DNA of 64,000 bases from Octopus sinensis (taxonomy: Eukaryota), in the NCBI RefSeq assembly GCF_006345805.1, contig NC_043002.1, positions 56,110,001 to 56,174,000 on the forward strand, given 5' to 3'. Below, one piece after another: positions 51,615 to 64,000 of the stretch (position 1 is the first letter of the stretch; each line of letters starts with the position of its first letter). The notes beneath the pieces are model-generated. The model saw only the letters and a program-made list of their open reading frames with translations. It did no database searches and had not been told where the DNA came from. The translations under genes were made by a program, and so were the position numbers.

Positions 51615-52740
51615 CTTTGTTGACAAAAGAACAGACCAGATTAAATATAGACAAGATTATTTTCTTCATAATCTTACTGAATGTAGCCACCTTCTGCATA
51701 AACAACTACTTCTCTGCAAAATCTGAATCTTCTATATGCCCGAATTTAATGGTCCTGGTTCATATTGGACATTACTCTGGCTGTGGCAGCATTCAAAGAA
51801 TCCTTGGTGTTATGGTAATGTTGATTGACCACTCTCACAACAATGCGCTACATGTAAATAGTCCAATGGATTGAGATCTTTTGAGTTTGGAGGCCAAATG
51901 TTAGGGGTTATGTGATCATGAAAATTGTCAGCCATTCATTATTATTGAATTGCTTGAGCCCTATGTGATGGTACCAAGTCCTGCTGAAACACATACAGCC
52001 TTCCTATTCTATCTAACCAGGGCTTCACAACTGTTTCCAAGACCTCACTGTAGCCAGCAGACTTAACTCTAAGGCCTTGGGAAAAGAAGTAAGGAGGCAT
52101 CACATTGTCCTTCATTACTGACAACTCTAAAACCCATGACAGATGCAGGAAATTTTGTGTGCATGACTGTTGGAACACCAGAAGGGCTTGAACATAACCA
52201 TTTGTTATTTTTATCTTTTGCACTTGGTTCAGGTTTTTCTTATCTGAAAAAATCCAAATTCTGTCGCGTTCTGCATTTTTAAATTTGATAACCTTTTAGA
52301 TCTGAACAAATAATTGTCCTTCCCCCCACCTTTTTTCTTTCTGACATGAATTGACCTCTCCTCATCACATAAGACTTGTACAAGATATCTTTGTGGACAA
52401 CATTTCTGATTGTCCTTTCAAACACATGGAGCTCTATAGCTATTGACCTCGTGGATTTTGGGGGATTTCCATGAATGATTTGCTGAACTTGTTGAATAAA
52501 TTCAGGTGTTCTGAGTGTACCAAAGTATTGGGAATGTATTTTGGATTTCAATACTGATGATGTTTTTTCATCTAAAACTTCTAACTCCTTCCTAACTTTG
52601 CAGACAAAAGATCTGGCAACTTTTAAAAACAGAGTTATTTTTAAATCGCTTTTGCTCAGCCTCTGAGGCTACAATTTCAGGATGCCTCTTCATTTCTTGA
52701 ATAAGCTGGGTATCTGCCATTACTATTTTTTGAAGCAAGG
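51615..52740 (-). mobile_element. maT/DD37D-like Tc1/mariner remnant
   Basis: MADTQLIQEMKR start, VMPPYFFSQGLRV...YVFQQDLVPSH, KDLNPLDY. Confidence 0.8.
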
Positions 52741-53339
52741 TCTAGAATTGAAGGACCTTAGAGTGAATCTAGCAAAAACCAAAGTCTTAGTAAATAGGAA
52801 GGCAAACAAATCACAAATCCCTTTGGGTAGATGGCCCTGCTCAATCTGTAGAAAAGACATAGGTAGAAATTCTATAAGATGTACCCAGTGCAAGCTATGG
52901 ACACATAAGAGGTGCAGCAATATCAAAGGAAGACTAACTGGGAAGATCGTTTTTGTGTGTGGCAAATGCACAGGAGAAATAAACACTGAAAATGTGCAGA
53001 AAACAGCTTCCATCACATGCCAGGGGAAAAAAACTAGAAGTAGTTGACAGCTTTTGTTACCTAGGTAACCAAGTCAGTAGTGGGGGTGGATGCTCTGAGA
53101 GCATAGCTGCTAGAATAAGAATAGCATAGGCAAAGGTCAGAGAGCTCCTTCCTCTGCTGGTAACAAAAAGCCTCTTGCTCAGAGTCAAAGGTAGACGATG
53201 ATACCTATATGCAAACAGCCTTTCTCAAAGGGTAGGCCTATGGGATGGTTGGACAAGTTGTTTTAAGAAAATTTGACTTAAATGTTTGACAACTTAGCAC
53301 ACCATCCATTGGACGGGGGAACGATTTACTCGTACATAT

Positions 53340-53373
<34 letters not shown>

Positions 53374-55035
53374 GGCATATCTACAGATTAAGGCCCCACA
53401 ATTTTTTTCATAGCTCTATAAAATTCTATATGTTTAAATAAAATTTTGCAGATGTGCATTTTTGTGAGGAGTGACAACAGTTACATTGACAACATTGCTT
53501 CTTCCTAACTCTCTTTAAAATAAATATTTTTTAATGAAATTTTGCAGAGATCAATTTTCACAAGTGTAGCTTTCGTAATGTTGATAATGTTTCAAACATA
53601 TAAATCTGACAAAAAAAAATGGTTAAAAATACTGAAGTCACAGAAATTGATGTTTAACAAAGTAGGAAGGGAAGAAGAATGTTCTGATACTTACCCCAGC
53701 GCAGGATTAACCATTAATCAAAATAAGCACATGCTTAGGGCATCAAGGGAAAGAGGGGGCATCACAGAAATGGTAAGTGGTTTACAGCACAAAAGAAATC
53801 ACTTTAAACATGCTAAAATAATATTCAGGATGCCTTTATCTCTACTAAGTATAGATGCAGATGTGGGACCTAAGATTAATTTTGAGAATTTGATCAAAGA
53901 CTTTGCAATTCAAAAAAGTAGGAGGAAACTTTTCAAGTATAAATAAAGTGGAAGTAGACAAAAATAAACATTATTTCCCTCTTACTGTTTTGTTTTGCCT
54001 TGAAAAATAAAAATTTATTTTATGGTTTGTTATTGTTTATATTTTGAATTACATCATCTTTTATGGGGGCATCATCTGTTATATCCTTCTATGTGGTAGT
54101 ATCTCTCCTTCATCAATATTAACTACACATGTTTTTGTAATTTTTTGTGCTGTGACTCATCCTTTGATATTGTCCGCCATGTCTTAGTCCCTTGTAGTGA
54201 AACATGGGCCATGACTGCTGAAGACATGCGTAGGCTCAAAAGAAATGAAGCTAGCATGATCCGTTGGATGTATAATGTCAGTGTGCACACACGGCAGAAT
54301 GTAAGTGCCCTGAGAGAAATGTTGGACATAGAAGCATTGGATGTAGTGTGCAAGAGAGACTTTGTGTTGGTATGGTCATGTACTACGGATGGATGAGGAG
54401 AGCTGTGTGAAAAAGTGCCACTCTCAAGCAGTGGAAGGAACCTGGGATAGAGGAAGACCCAGGAAGATATGGGATGAGGCGGTGAAGCATGAACTTCGAA
54501 CGTTGGACCTCACAGAGGCAATGATGAAAGACCAAGACCTCTGGAGAAATACTGTGACTTAGAAGACCCGGTAAATAAAGTGAGTTCACAGCTGTAACCT
54601 ACACCAGTGTTGCATAACCAGCCCACTCAAAAAGTACCTTGGATCATAGGGTAACATGCTGTACTTCAAAATCAAAATCAATGGAAATCATAGTTGTGGT
54701 CCTGTGCCGGTGGCACATAAAAAGTAGCATCCGAATGTGGCTGATGCTAGCGCCACCTTGACTGGCTCCCGTGCCAGTGGCACGTAAAAAGCACCATCTG
54801 ATTGTGGTTGATGCCAGACCCCTCTGGGCTCGTGCCGGTGGCATGTAAAAAGCACCCACTACACTCACGGAGGGATTGGCATTATGAAGGGCATCCAGCT
54901 GTAGAAACACTGCCAGATCAGATTGGAGTCTGGTGCGGCCTCCTGGCTTCCCAAACCCCGGTTGAACCATCCAACCCCTTGCTAGCATGGAAAACGGACA
55001 TTAAACGACGATGATGACAATGATGATGATGATGT
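52730..55035 (+). mobile_element. RTE 3' portion split in two (52730-53220 and 54190-55035) by an intervening insertion
   Basis: The first piece ends at ...caaacagcc and the second resumes at gtagtgaaacatgggcc, contiguous in the 29560-29590 reference copy. (GAT)n tail. Confidence 0.8.
53372..54181 (+). mobile_element. hAT transposon remnant (C-terminal dimerisation region)
   Basis: LSLLSIDADVGPKINFENLIKDFAIQKSRRKL resembles the hAT C-terminus. Possible degenerate ends ggcatatctac and gtccgccatg. Confidence 0.6.
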
Positions 55036-55141
55036 TACTTAGTTAGCAAGGATGTTGTTCTCAGGGTTGGTGACAAAACATTTCTTCAAATATCAAGAAT
55101 CTTTCTTGAATTCTTGCAGAATACAGGATGGTACTTATGCT

Positions 55142-55172
<31 letters not shown>

Positions 55173-55799
55173 ATTACAATTGTTGTTGTTATTATTTTGT
55201 TTTACACTTTGGTAGGATCCACAGCTTGGAAGAAATCACTTCGAAAGGTGGCGGATGATAAAAGAGAAAAGAATAAGTTAAGGGAAGGAAGAATCTGAAG
55301 AATGAATGATCTTAATATTACCTGCTGATTTCTTCAAGAATCTCTTTTCCTCCTCCCATCTTTCTCCCCTCTCTTCCTCCTCCCCTTCTGTCCCCCCACC
55401 ACCACCACTGCACCCTTCTCATATGCAATGCAGTTAAAGCTACATTTACTCCCTTGTAAGCCCCTAAAGGATCTGCCATTCATAGATAGATAAAGCGAGG
55501 AGAAAAAGTGCATCTCATTGATTATTTTCTGCTGAAAATGTGAAGGGACAACGTTGCAGATGCAATATTGCAGTCGTTTTGCTAATGCAACAAGTAAAAC
55601 ATGCAAGCAAAAATAAAAGCAAAAACAAAACAATCATAAATCATGTGAATTGCAGAATCCCTAAATTTCAGTATTTTTGGCGGCAGAAGTAATGATATCA
55701 AACCGTGTTGCTGGTTTGATATCATTTAAAGGGATTTGTGTGATATGCGCTTGAGGTTGTTTTTTTTTATTTATCAAATATTAATACAGTTGATGCTGT

Positions 55800-55955
55800 T
55801 ATTTGCTGTCACCACCACTACCACCACCATCACCTCCACCACCACCACTACAACTACTGTTAATACCACCACTATCACAACTACTGGTGCTGGTGCTACT
55901 ATTACTCTTGCTGCTGCTGCTACTACTACTACTACTACTACTACTACCATTTCTG

Positions 55956-56000
<45 letters not shown>

Positions 56001-56250
56001 TTACAACTACTACTACAACTACTACTACTACTGCTATTGATGCTGCTACTACTACCACTACAACTGCTACTACTACTGCTGCTGCTGCCACTACTACTAC
56101 TACCACTACTACTAGTCTTATTACTACTACTATTACCACTTCAATTATTACTATAGCTGCTGCTACAATTAATTCTAGTACCATTATTATTGCTACTCCT
56201 CCTCCTCTTCCTTCTCCTTTTACTACTACTACTACTACTACTACTACTAT
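55800..56250. repeat. Compound (ACC)/(ACT)/(GCT) trinucleotide repeat
   Basis: Low-complexity tract that produces Thr-, Leu- and Val-rich pseudo-ORFs. Confidence 0.9.
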
Positions 56251-57129
56251 ACTCAAGGCAGCTGCAGGAATGGTCAGGGCAGCCACTCATTCTGGTAAAA
56301 CACCACTTCAGGAAGGAAACCTTCAATTTTAAGTCCTAAAGCTGGACAGAATCTCATTTCAATGAAACATCAAGGACTTTGCTTACATTCAACAATCCCA
56401 AAACTGGAAACCCAGTTCCCATGAACAGTCAGTCTTAAACTACCCCGTGATGACCTGGAGGACAGTGATGAATAGGAGGGGGGTTCTGAGAAGCAGCCCA
56501 CACAGTAAATGCCTCACTCAAGTCATCACACTTTAATGTCATTGTACATGGCTTAAACAGCTCTCACAAGGCATTTTTCAATGGCCTAGTTTACTTAGTG
56601 ACCATCAGAATACAGTACATGGTACCCAAGTCAATGAAGGTCAGGAATAATGGTTTACTCTAAGCTAGGATTTATAAAACTTATACTGGGCTTCATAGAG
56701 GCAATGTCTGAGAACATTTGGTATTATGCCATTCTTGAGAAGATCCATCAAGCCGAATAAAACCACAGTTGTGGCAGACATCGGTGTCATGCAAATGGCA
56801 CGTAAAAGCACCCAGAGTGATTGGCATTAGGAAGGAGTATCCAGCCATAGAAATCATGCCAAAACAGACTGGAGTTTGGTGCAGCCTTCTAGCTTGCCAG
56901 CCCTGGTCAAACTGTCCAACCCATGCCAGCATGGACAACAGACATTAAATGATGATGATGATGATATATAATCTAGTACATATAAATCCCAGTATGTGTG
57001 TGTATACTTTTCAGTAGTAGTTCAATTATTTGGTGAAAAAATACCACCAAAGCAACTTAAATCGTCCAAAGGATGGCTGTGTTTGCTAGTATGTAATAAA
57101 TATCTTCATTTAATTATTATATGCCTTAC

Positions 57130-58050
57130 ATAGTCTGTACAAATGTAAAGACAGAGAATATTGCCTCTCACAATATAGAAACATTTCTTGTGGCAGCAGC
57201 AGACAAAATGGAAAAGGCATTGCCCCAGAGGGTAACAAGGGAGATGCACTGACTCACAAGCTTGCACTTGTGGACAGCAATCTCCACCCTGATAGGGATG
57301 AGCAGGTATATGGTCTGGCGGTGGGGGCAGGAATGCCAGAAGTCTCCGCTGCCTCAGGCTCAACCATAAACCTATCAGAGAACGACCAATACTTCGACAG
57401 GTTTGCTTTTCCCAGCCTGATAAGCAACAGAACCTGGGTTGGTAGCTGACAACACCAAGTTGCCACTGGAGAAGATATCACAGCATTTGGCATCCTAAAT
57501 GAGGGGCCTACCACCATGGAACAAGAAAATTGTCTTATTGTCAGGTCTTTTACTGTTCCCTCAGTCTTATACCACTGGCTCAAGCTGGTAACTGAAGTCT
57601 TCAGTGTCAAGGCCATGCTTTATGATTTTAAGGGTGCATGGCATGGAAGGCAGCCAGTATTATGATGGCATGACAGTGAGTGGAGGCTGAAAGAATCCAC
57701 AGTGAATCCACAGCAGCAGTCATGAGGCTCACAAATCTGGAGACCAAGCCTCAGGGAAATGCCAATGCACAGGCAGTCGCTATCGAGCTGAGTGCCAGTT
57801 GTGAGTGATGGCACTCCATTGAGCCAGGCTCCACTGTGAGGCTCAGAGGCCGAGCAGAAACATGCCTGACGGTGCTGCTCAAGTTGCCACACTAATTCAT
57901 CCACAGTCATGCTACACTGGATAATGTCTTGTTTCTTTTGAGAGGAGTGAACGTCCACAGAGGGGAGGAGAGGATGTATGTCAGTGGGGCACAGGCCAAG
58001 CTGGCTCCATATCATGTAGGTCCCCTGGCATTCCCCAGTCACTGATGGTT
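57130..58050 (-). mobile_element. Degenerate CRE-clade non-LTR retrotransposon C-terminus (zinc finger and restriction-like endonuclease)
   Basis: ASEPHSGAWLNGVPS, SLRLGLQICEPHDCCCG...LHSLSC...CHA, KYWSFSDRFMVEPEAAETSG. Confidence 0.75.
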
Positions 58051-58199
58051 CATTAAGTTACGTTGTGAAGGACCCTGTTAATGAGGAATCGGCAAGAGGT
58101 GACCAACGACAGAAAAGCCAGTAAGGCCATTCTTCTATGTTTGCAATGTCAACTAACATAACATAACATAACATATATAATTATATATATGTGTGTTTC

Positions 58200-59097
58200 T
58201 GTACTCCACCATGGCCTGGCCACTGGTGTTGGTGTGTTTACATCCTCATAAACTTAGTGGTTGGCAATAGAGACTGATAAAATAAGTACCAGGCTTAAAA
58301 ACAAATATTTGTTCTAGGGTCAATTCATTCGACTAAATTTCTTGAAGGTGGTGCTCCAGCATGGCCACATTCTAATCACTGAAACAAGCAAAAGATACAA
58401 TATAATGTGTAATGACTCCCAGACTGTCTGGTTTCTTCCTCCACCAAGAATCCGTGAATAGAACAGAGAGAGTATGGCAGGAGAAGGAAACACACCTCTG
58501 TTAATAAAAATCATTGTTGTCATCGGTTGTCTTTGGCATTGTTACCATTTTAAAGTCCACTTGTCCAAGTTGGCATAGTTCAGATGGAGTTAAGCCAAAG
58601 CAGATTTTCTAGGGCCATTTGCCCTTCCTGTAACCATCCTTTGCTTGTTTCTAAATAAGGCAATAGTCCTTCCTGGCCAGACATGATTTCATGAAAAACT
58701 GCATAGAGCCAGTTTCCTGGTTTCTCTGGTGTATATGTTCATCCCTGGATGGGATGCCAGTCTGTCACAGGACGACTCATATTTACCAACCAAGTGGAGC
58801 AGTGTGAAATGAAGGGTTTTGCTTAAGAACACAATGCATCACCCAATCCAGTAATTGAAACCACAATCTTATGATCAGGAGTCCAACACCCTTAACCACT
58901 AAGCCATGTGCCTCTATGTTTGTGTGTGTGTGTATACAGCAGGTTTCTTTCAGTTTCCGTCTACCAAATCTAATCACAAGGCTTTGGTTAGCGCAAAGCT
59001 AAGGTAGAAGACACTTGCCCAAGGTTCTGCACAGTGGGACTGAACCCTGAACCATGTGGTTGGGAAGCAAACTTCTTACCACACAGCTATACCTGCA
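58200..59097. mobile_element. SINE cluster: SINE A tail (+), a further tRNA-SINE family (- about 58705-58913), SINE A head (- about 58935-59097)
   Basis: Minus strand gaggcacatggcttagtggttaagggtgttggac...gtgttcttaagcaaaacc. Confidence 0.65.
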
Positions 59098-59989
59098 CCA
59101 TTATTAGAAATTTCTAATCTATAAAGGTTTCATCAATTTTAGAGACTGAATTCCTGCCAACACCATGAAGAATTCTGATAGAAACCATTGATAGAAATGC
59201 TCAAACTGTTTCCTAGTTCCAGCTCTAGTTCTATGACTGTCACACAAAAGTGGGTTCCACATTTAAGAAATCCTTTGCAGATCTGAAAACAGAACAAAAC
59301 AGAGTTTTGACTCCATCTTCCATTCCCATAAAAGAGTTTTACAGTAATGTATGCATCTCATTCTTTGAGCACTTTGTCCTGGTCTTATTAAATATCTGTT
59401 ATTCTTCACTGGCTGACCATTCCATGGTTCAGTCAAAGATAAAACAACCATCTCCTTATGTAATCCCATCTTCTCTCTCTTTCTCTCTCCCTCCCTCCCT
59501 CTCTTTCCCTCTGTCTCTCTCCCTCCCCTCTCTCTTCCTCTCTCTTTCTCCCCCTCTCTCTCTCACACACACACAGGTTTACCTTTCATGTTATCCCATT
59601 TCCCTCCTCTATACAAAAGCAGCTGGTGTGTGTGTGTGTGTGCCCACAAGATCAACGGGTTTACAACACGAAACATACAGGACAATCTGCGTAAGCCGTT
59701 CTAAGCCTTGTAAAGCTGTCTTTGAGATGATTCGTTGCAGGCAATCAATCTACGCATGCATTTGCACGCAGCTGAATGCCTGCATTACATTGTTAACAGA
59801 TAATGAATATAATAGACTGCGATATTGCTACAAAAACAGCAAAAAGAAAAGAATACAATTTGAGATATGCTGGAATATTTTACCCTGCTTGTCCATCTGC
59901 ATCTGCCAAAACAGACCAAGTTTAACGAAAGAAAATGTATTGATTTGAGGATATTGATCAAGAGTTTTCTCTTTCTTCCACTTATTGCT

Positions 59990-60003
59990 GTTGTTGTTGT
60001 TTT

Positions 60004-60075
<72 letters not shown>

Positions 60076-60251
60076 TTGGAGATGATAGCATCATTCTTAT
60101 GCTATTTGTCATCAAGATATATATGTGTGTTTGTATGAATATTGGTATATGCATGTGTGTGTGTGTGTGTGTGTGTATTCATACATACATACATTCATAT
60201 GTATGTATGTATGTGTGTGTGTGTGTGTGTATGTATATATATATGTGTGTA

Positions 60252-60324
<73 letters not shown>

Positions 60325-60335
60325 ATATATGTATA

Positions 60336-60373
<38 letters not shown>

Positions 60374-60573
60374 TATTAGAGACAAAACCACTATTTTGCA
60401 AAACAAACAAGGAAAGACTTAATCAATACATAAAATTTTAATAAATAGTCAAAAAAACCGCCACTACAATCGTTTCTTGTCTTGATCGACAATCTTCAGG
60501 TGGACTTCCAATAATTCAGTGTCAAATTATGAAGTAATCACAATCGTCACTCCTATAATCATCATCGTCTAAG

Positions 60574-60604
<31 letters not shown>

Positions 60605-60608
60605 GCAT

Positions 60609-60692
<84 letters not shown>

Positions 60693-60860
60693 TATATATA
60701 TATATATGTATATATATATATGTATATATATGCATATATATATATATATATATAATATATATATACACACACACACACACATACACACTACAACCTAATT
60801 GTTGTCATCAACATCTTTATGTAATCACAATCGTCACTCCTATAATCATCATCGTCTAAG

Positions 60861-60923
<63 letters not shown>

Positions 60924-60930
60924 GTATATA
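59990..60930. repeat. (CTT)n(ATT)n, (TG)n and long (TA)n microsatellites, including a duplicated 40-bp unique block
   Basis: gtaatcacaatcgtcactcctataatcatcatcgtctaag at 60534 and 60821. Confidence 0.9.
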
Positions 60931-61279
60931 TATATTAAATTACAACCATTTATACTTCCCTATTAATTTTGCTTCAGTGCATGTATTTGTAAGGTTAAAC
61001 GAGCCATGCACAAGCAAATATGGTTAAACCCTAACAAAATGACAGTTTAGGCCAAGTAACAAATTGGTGACATCACTCAATGACAGTCAGATTTAAGGAT
61101 TCACCACTCCTTTATCAAATGGGACCAGGGATTACAGGCTTCCTCTCCTCCCCTGCCCCTCGCTGCTGCCATATATTTTACTGCTGCCATATATAATTTG
61201 CAAACCATTTTGTCTTTTTTCTGTTTGTTTGGAATTCAGCTAACAAAAGAAGAATATTTCAGTTCTCTGTCTTTTTGTT

Positions 61280-61813
61280 GTCGTCATCATCGCTGTCATC
61301 ATCACCAACACAATCCCCACCACCACTGCCGCCGTTGCCATCACCACCACCACCACCACCACCACTGCCACTGCATCACCACTACCATCATTACCACTGT
61401 CGCCTCCACCAACACCATCACCACTGCCTCCACCTCTGCCACCATCATCATCACCACTGCCACTGCCACCACCATCATCTCCACCACCATATCAAGTGTC
61501 ACCATTGTCATCATCATCATCATCATTACTACCACCACCAATACCATCACCATTATTACGACTACAGTCACCACCACCACTATCATCCTCATCGTTAAAG
61601 TTTGTTTTCTCCATGATGGTTTAGCTTGGCTGTATATATCCAGCACGCACACATCCTATCAGCGCTCCATTATGAGTCAACAAGATCCATTTTGACTAAT
61701 TGAATGAGTTTTTTCTTTTCCATTTTTTTCTTTAATGGATTGTTCATGCATTCATGAACAATAGTCTTATTGGACATATCAGCTCAAAGACGAACCCAAC
61801 TCATGAACGAATG

Positions 61814-61850
<37 letters not shown>

Positions 61851-61888
61851 CACACACAACACACACACACACACACACCACACACACA

Positions 61889-61932
<44 letters not shown>

Positions 61933-61950
61933 ACACACACACACACACAT
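61280..61950. repeat. (ACC)/(ATC) low-complexity tract and (CA)n
   Basis: His/Thr pseudo-ORFs; (CA)n at about 61815-61950. Confidence 0.9.
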
Positions 61951-62158
61951 CAGTGGCACCTCCGGCACTGGGGTTGTTCGGGCTTAGCCCAAGTATAAAT
62001 TTAGTAAAGTGAACGCATATTTGCAAGCCAATTGAATTTCTGCCAACACTGACTTCAAGTATGTAATTGCAGCCAATGACTCAGGCTCCTTTTATTGAGC
62101 CTGGTCGCAGTTCATTTATTTTTGTTCAGCATCTGGCGGTGGTCTTAGAGGTGCCCTG
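61951..62158. mobile_element. Possible MITE
   Basis: CAGTGGCACCTC ... GAGGTGCCCTG imperfect TIR; no TSD seen. Confidence 0.35.
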
Positions 62159-62611
62159 TCTCAAAAATATCATTCGTCACAGACGTTCTCTTGACATCGT
62201 TCACATGTGTCTGACTTGGGCTCAGAAGTTACAGCCCAAGTTGTTATCTATAATCGTAAAAATTAAAAGTAATTCAAATTCAATGTTTTCTTGAAACAAT
62301 AAATTTCTATAGAGATTAGGATTTAAATTCCAATCTATGAAAAGTTTCCATTCTACAATATTCTTAAAAGAACAAAAAATTATATCCATCAATTGGGGCT
62401 AATATGAATGACCATGGTAGGTGTAAAAGATTAACTGGCATCTCTTGTCAAGAATACAGACGACAGCCAGATCGCTGATGTTTGTTGTGTACTCTGCTGT
62501 CGTTATTTGATTGCTGTTATTCTGTGCGTCTGTGTATAAAGATCAGTTGTGTTTTGCAGGGTTGCTTTATTTTTACCCTTAACTTAGAAATGGAGAAAGA
62601 TATATATATAA

Positions 62612-62960
62612 AAAATAAGCCATTTGGGACTAGAAATTTTGCTAAAAAATGTGAAATTCTTCAAGCGGACATGTGTCTTATGCGAAATCTGTGATGAGCC
62701 TGAGTGACACTAATGACTTGGAGTCACCTCTGATGTGTGTCTACATATATATATATATATATATATATGTAGGTCCCGGGTTGATTCGGGGTTAACCACA
62801 GTAAATAAGGTACTCAATACATAGCAGAGTAAAATAAGCCATTTGGGACTAGAAATTTTGCTAAAAAATGTGAAATTCTTCAAGCGGACATGTGTCTTAT
62901 GCGAAATCTGTGATGAGCCTGAGTGACACTGATGACTTGGAGTCACCTCTGATGTGTGTC

Positions 62961-62994
<34 letters not shown>

Positions 62995-63058
62995 GGTCCC
63001 GGGTTGATTCGGGGTTAACCACAGTAAATAAGGTACTCAATACATAGCAGAGTAAAAT
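62612..63058. repeat. Near-identical tandem duplication, period about 219 bp
   Basis: aaaataagccatttgggac at 62612 and 62831; units differ mainly in (TA)n length. Confidence 0.9.
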
Positions 63059-63101
63059 TGATTTCTCTTGAATGAAACAGTTCTAGTCCTGTAGAAGCTC
63101 C

Positions 63102-63104
<3 letters not shown>

Positions 63105-63152
<48 letters not shown>

Positions 63153-63347
63153 TACATATATACATACACAACAGGCTTCTTTCAGTCAATGTCTCACAAG
63201 GTAACTGAGAGAACTTTGATTGGCTTGAATAGATGACACTTGCTCAAGGAGCCATGCATTGGGATAAAACACTGGACCATGTGGTTGGGAAGCAAACTTC
63301 TTACACACAGCCAGGGTATATATGTATATCTGTGCGTGTGTATGCAT

Positions 63348-63378
<31 letters not shown>

Positions 63379-63556
63379 TATATATACATATATTTTGTTG
63401 TTTTGGGAGGGTCGTTATGCCAATGAGAATTAAAATAAACACACTGACTGGTTCAATACCACTTCTTTATCTTAACCACTAGCAATTCAATAGTTTGTTT
63501 CATGTGTTTATTGGACAATCAATCAGTTATTAGTTTTTCTCTGGTCAAAGGAGCGC

Positions 63557-63627
<71 letters not shown>

Positions 63628-64000
63628 TACATATATACATACACAACAGGCTTCTTTCAGTCAATGTCTCACAAGGTAACTGAGAGAACTTTGATTGGCT
63701 TGAATAGATGACACTTGCTCAAGGAGCCATGCATTGGGATAAAACACTGGACCATGTGGTTGGGAAGCAAACTTCTTACACACAGCCAGGGTATATATGT
63801 ATATCTGTGCGTGTGTATGCATACACACACACACATACACCCACACACACATATATATATACATATATTTTGTTGTTTTGGGAGGGTCGTTATGCCAATG
63901 AGAATTAAAATAAACACACCGACTGGTTCAATACCACTTCTTTATCTTAACCACTAGCAATTCAATAGTTTGTTTCATGTGTTTATTGGACAATCAATCA
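63105..64000. repeat. Near-identical tandem duplication, period 475 bp, containing a deleted SINE A head (-)
   Basis: The ORF track repeats with an offset of 475 (63186/63661, 63233/63708). The second unit runs off the window. Confidence 0.9.

Noticed and set aside
55736-56332. 198-aa Thr-rich ORF (mucin-like) and overlapping Leu/Val ORFs
   Set aside because: Pure trinucleotide repeat that is open in several frames and on both strands; no splice or homology support.
59250-59948. 232-aa ORF, one of the longest in the track
   Set aside because: Starts at GTG, runs through (CT)n and (TG)n, and contains no recognisable domain.
61198-61695. His/Thr-rich ORFs
   Set aside because: Low-complexity (ACC)/(ATC) repeats.

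Overview
AT-rich animal genomic DNA that is mostly repeats. The SINE and LINE families and long (TA)n/(CA)n tracts resemble those of octopus (coleoid cephalopod); this is recognised from memory, not from a database search. Only one host coding feature is supported: a 52-nt first coding exon on the minus strand (19363-19312, MGDENNVWRPSKEKYGV, phase-1 GTAAGT donor). It matches the N-terminus of DOCK1-5 GEFs, so 1-19311 is probably intron 1, and a promoter-like CpG-containing zone lies at about 19.5-20.5 kb. The rest is transposon material: a 5'-truncated, lightly mutated RTE LINE (27.2-31.8 kb) with a PHD-like Cys/His module and a hierarchically repeated 3' UTR; other RTE fragments; CR1-type LINEs; Hero-, CRE- and R4-like remnants; mariner, maT, hAT, hATm and piggyBac-type elements; and dozens of tRNA-derived SINEs. 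The most notable hidden signals are minimal type-I hammerhead ribozyme folds of the Penelope-associated kind (35948-35985, 42485-42523, 18879-18917), a long inverted repeat at 37.6-38.2 kb, candidate upstream exons and promoters, and (TA)n-anchored tandem duplications. Nearly all ORFs in the supplied track are microsatellite noise or transposon fragments. Repeat boundaries were read by eye and are approximate.
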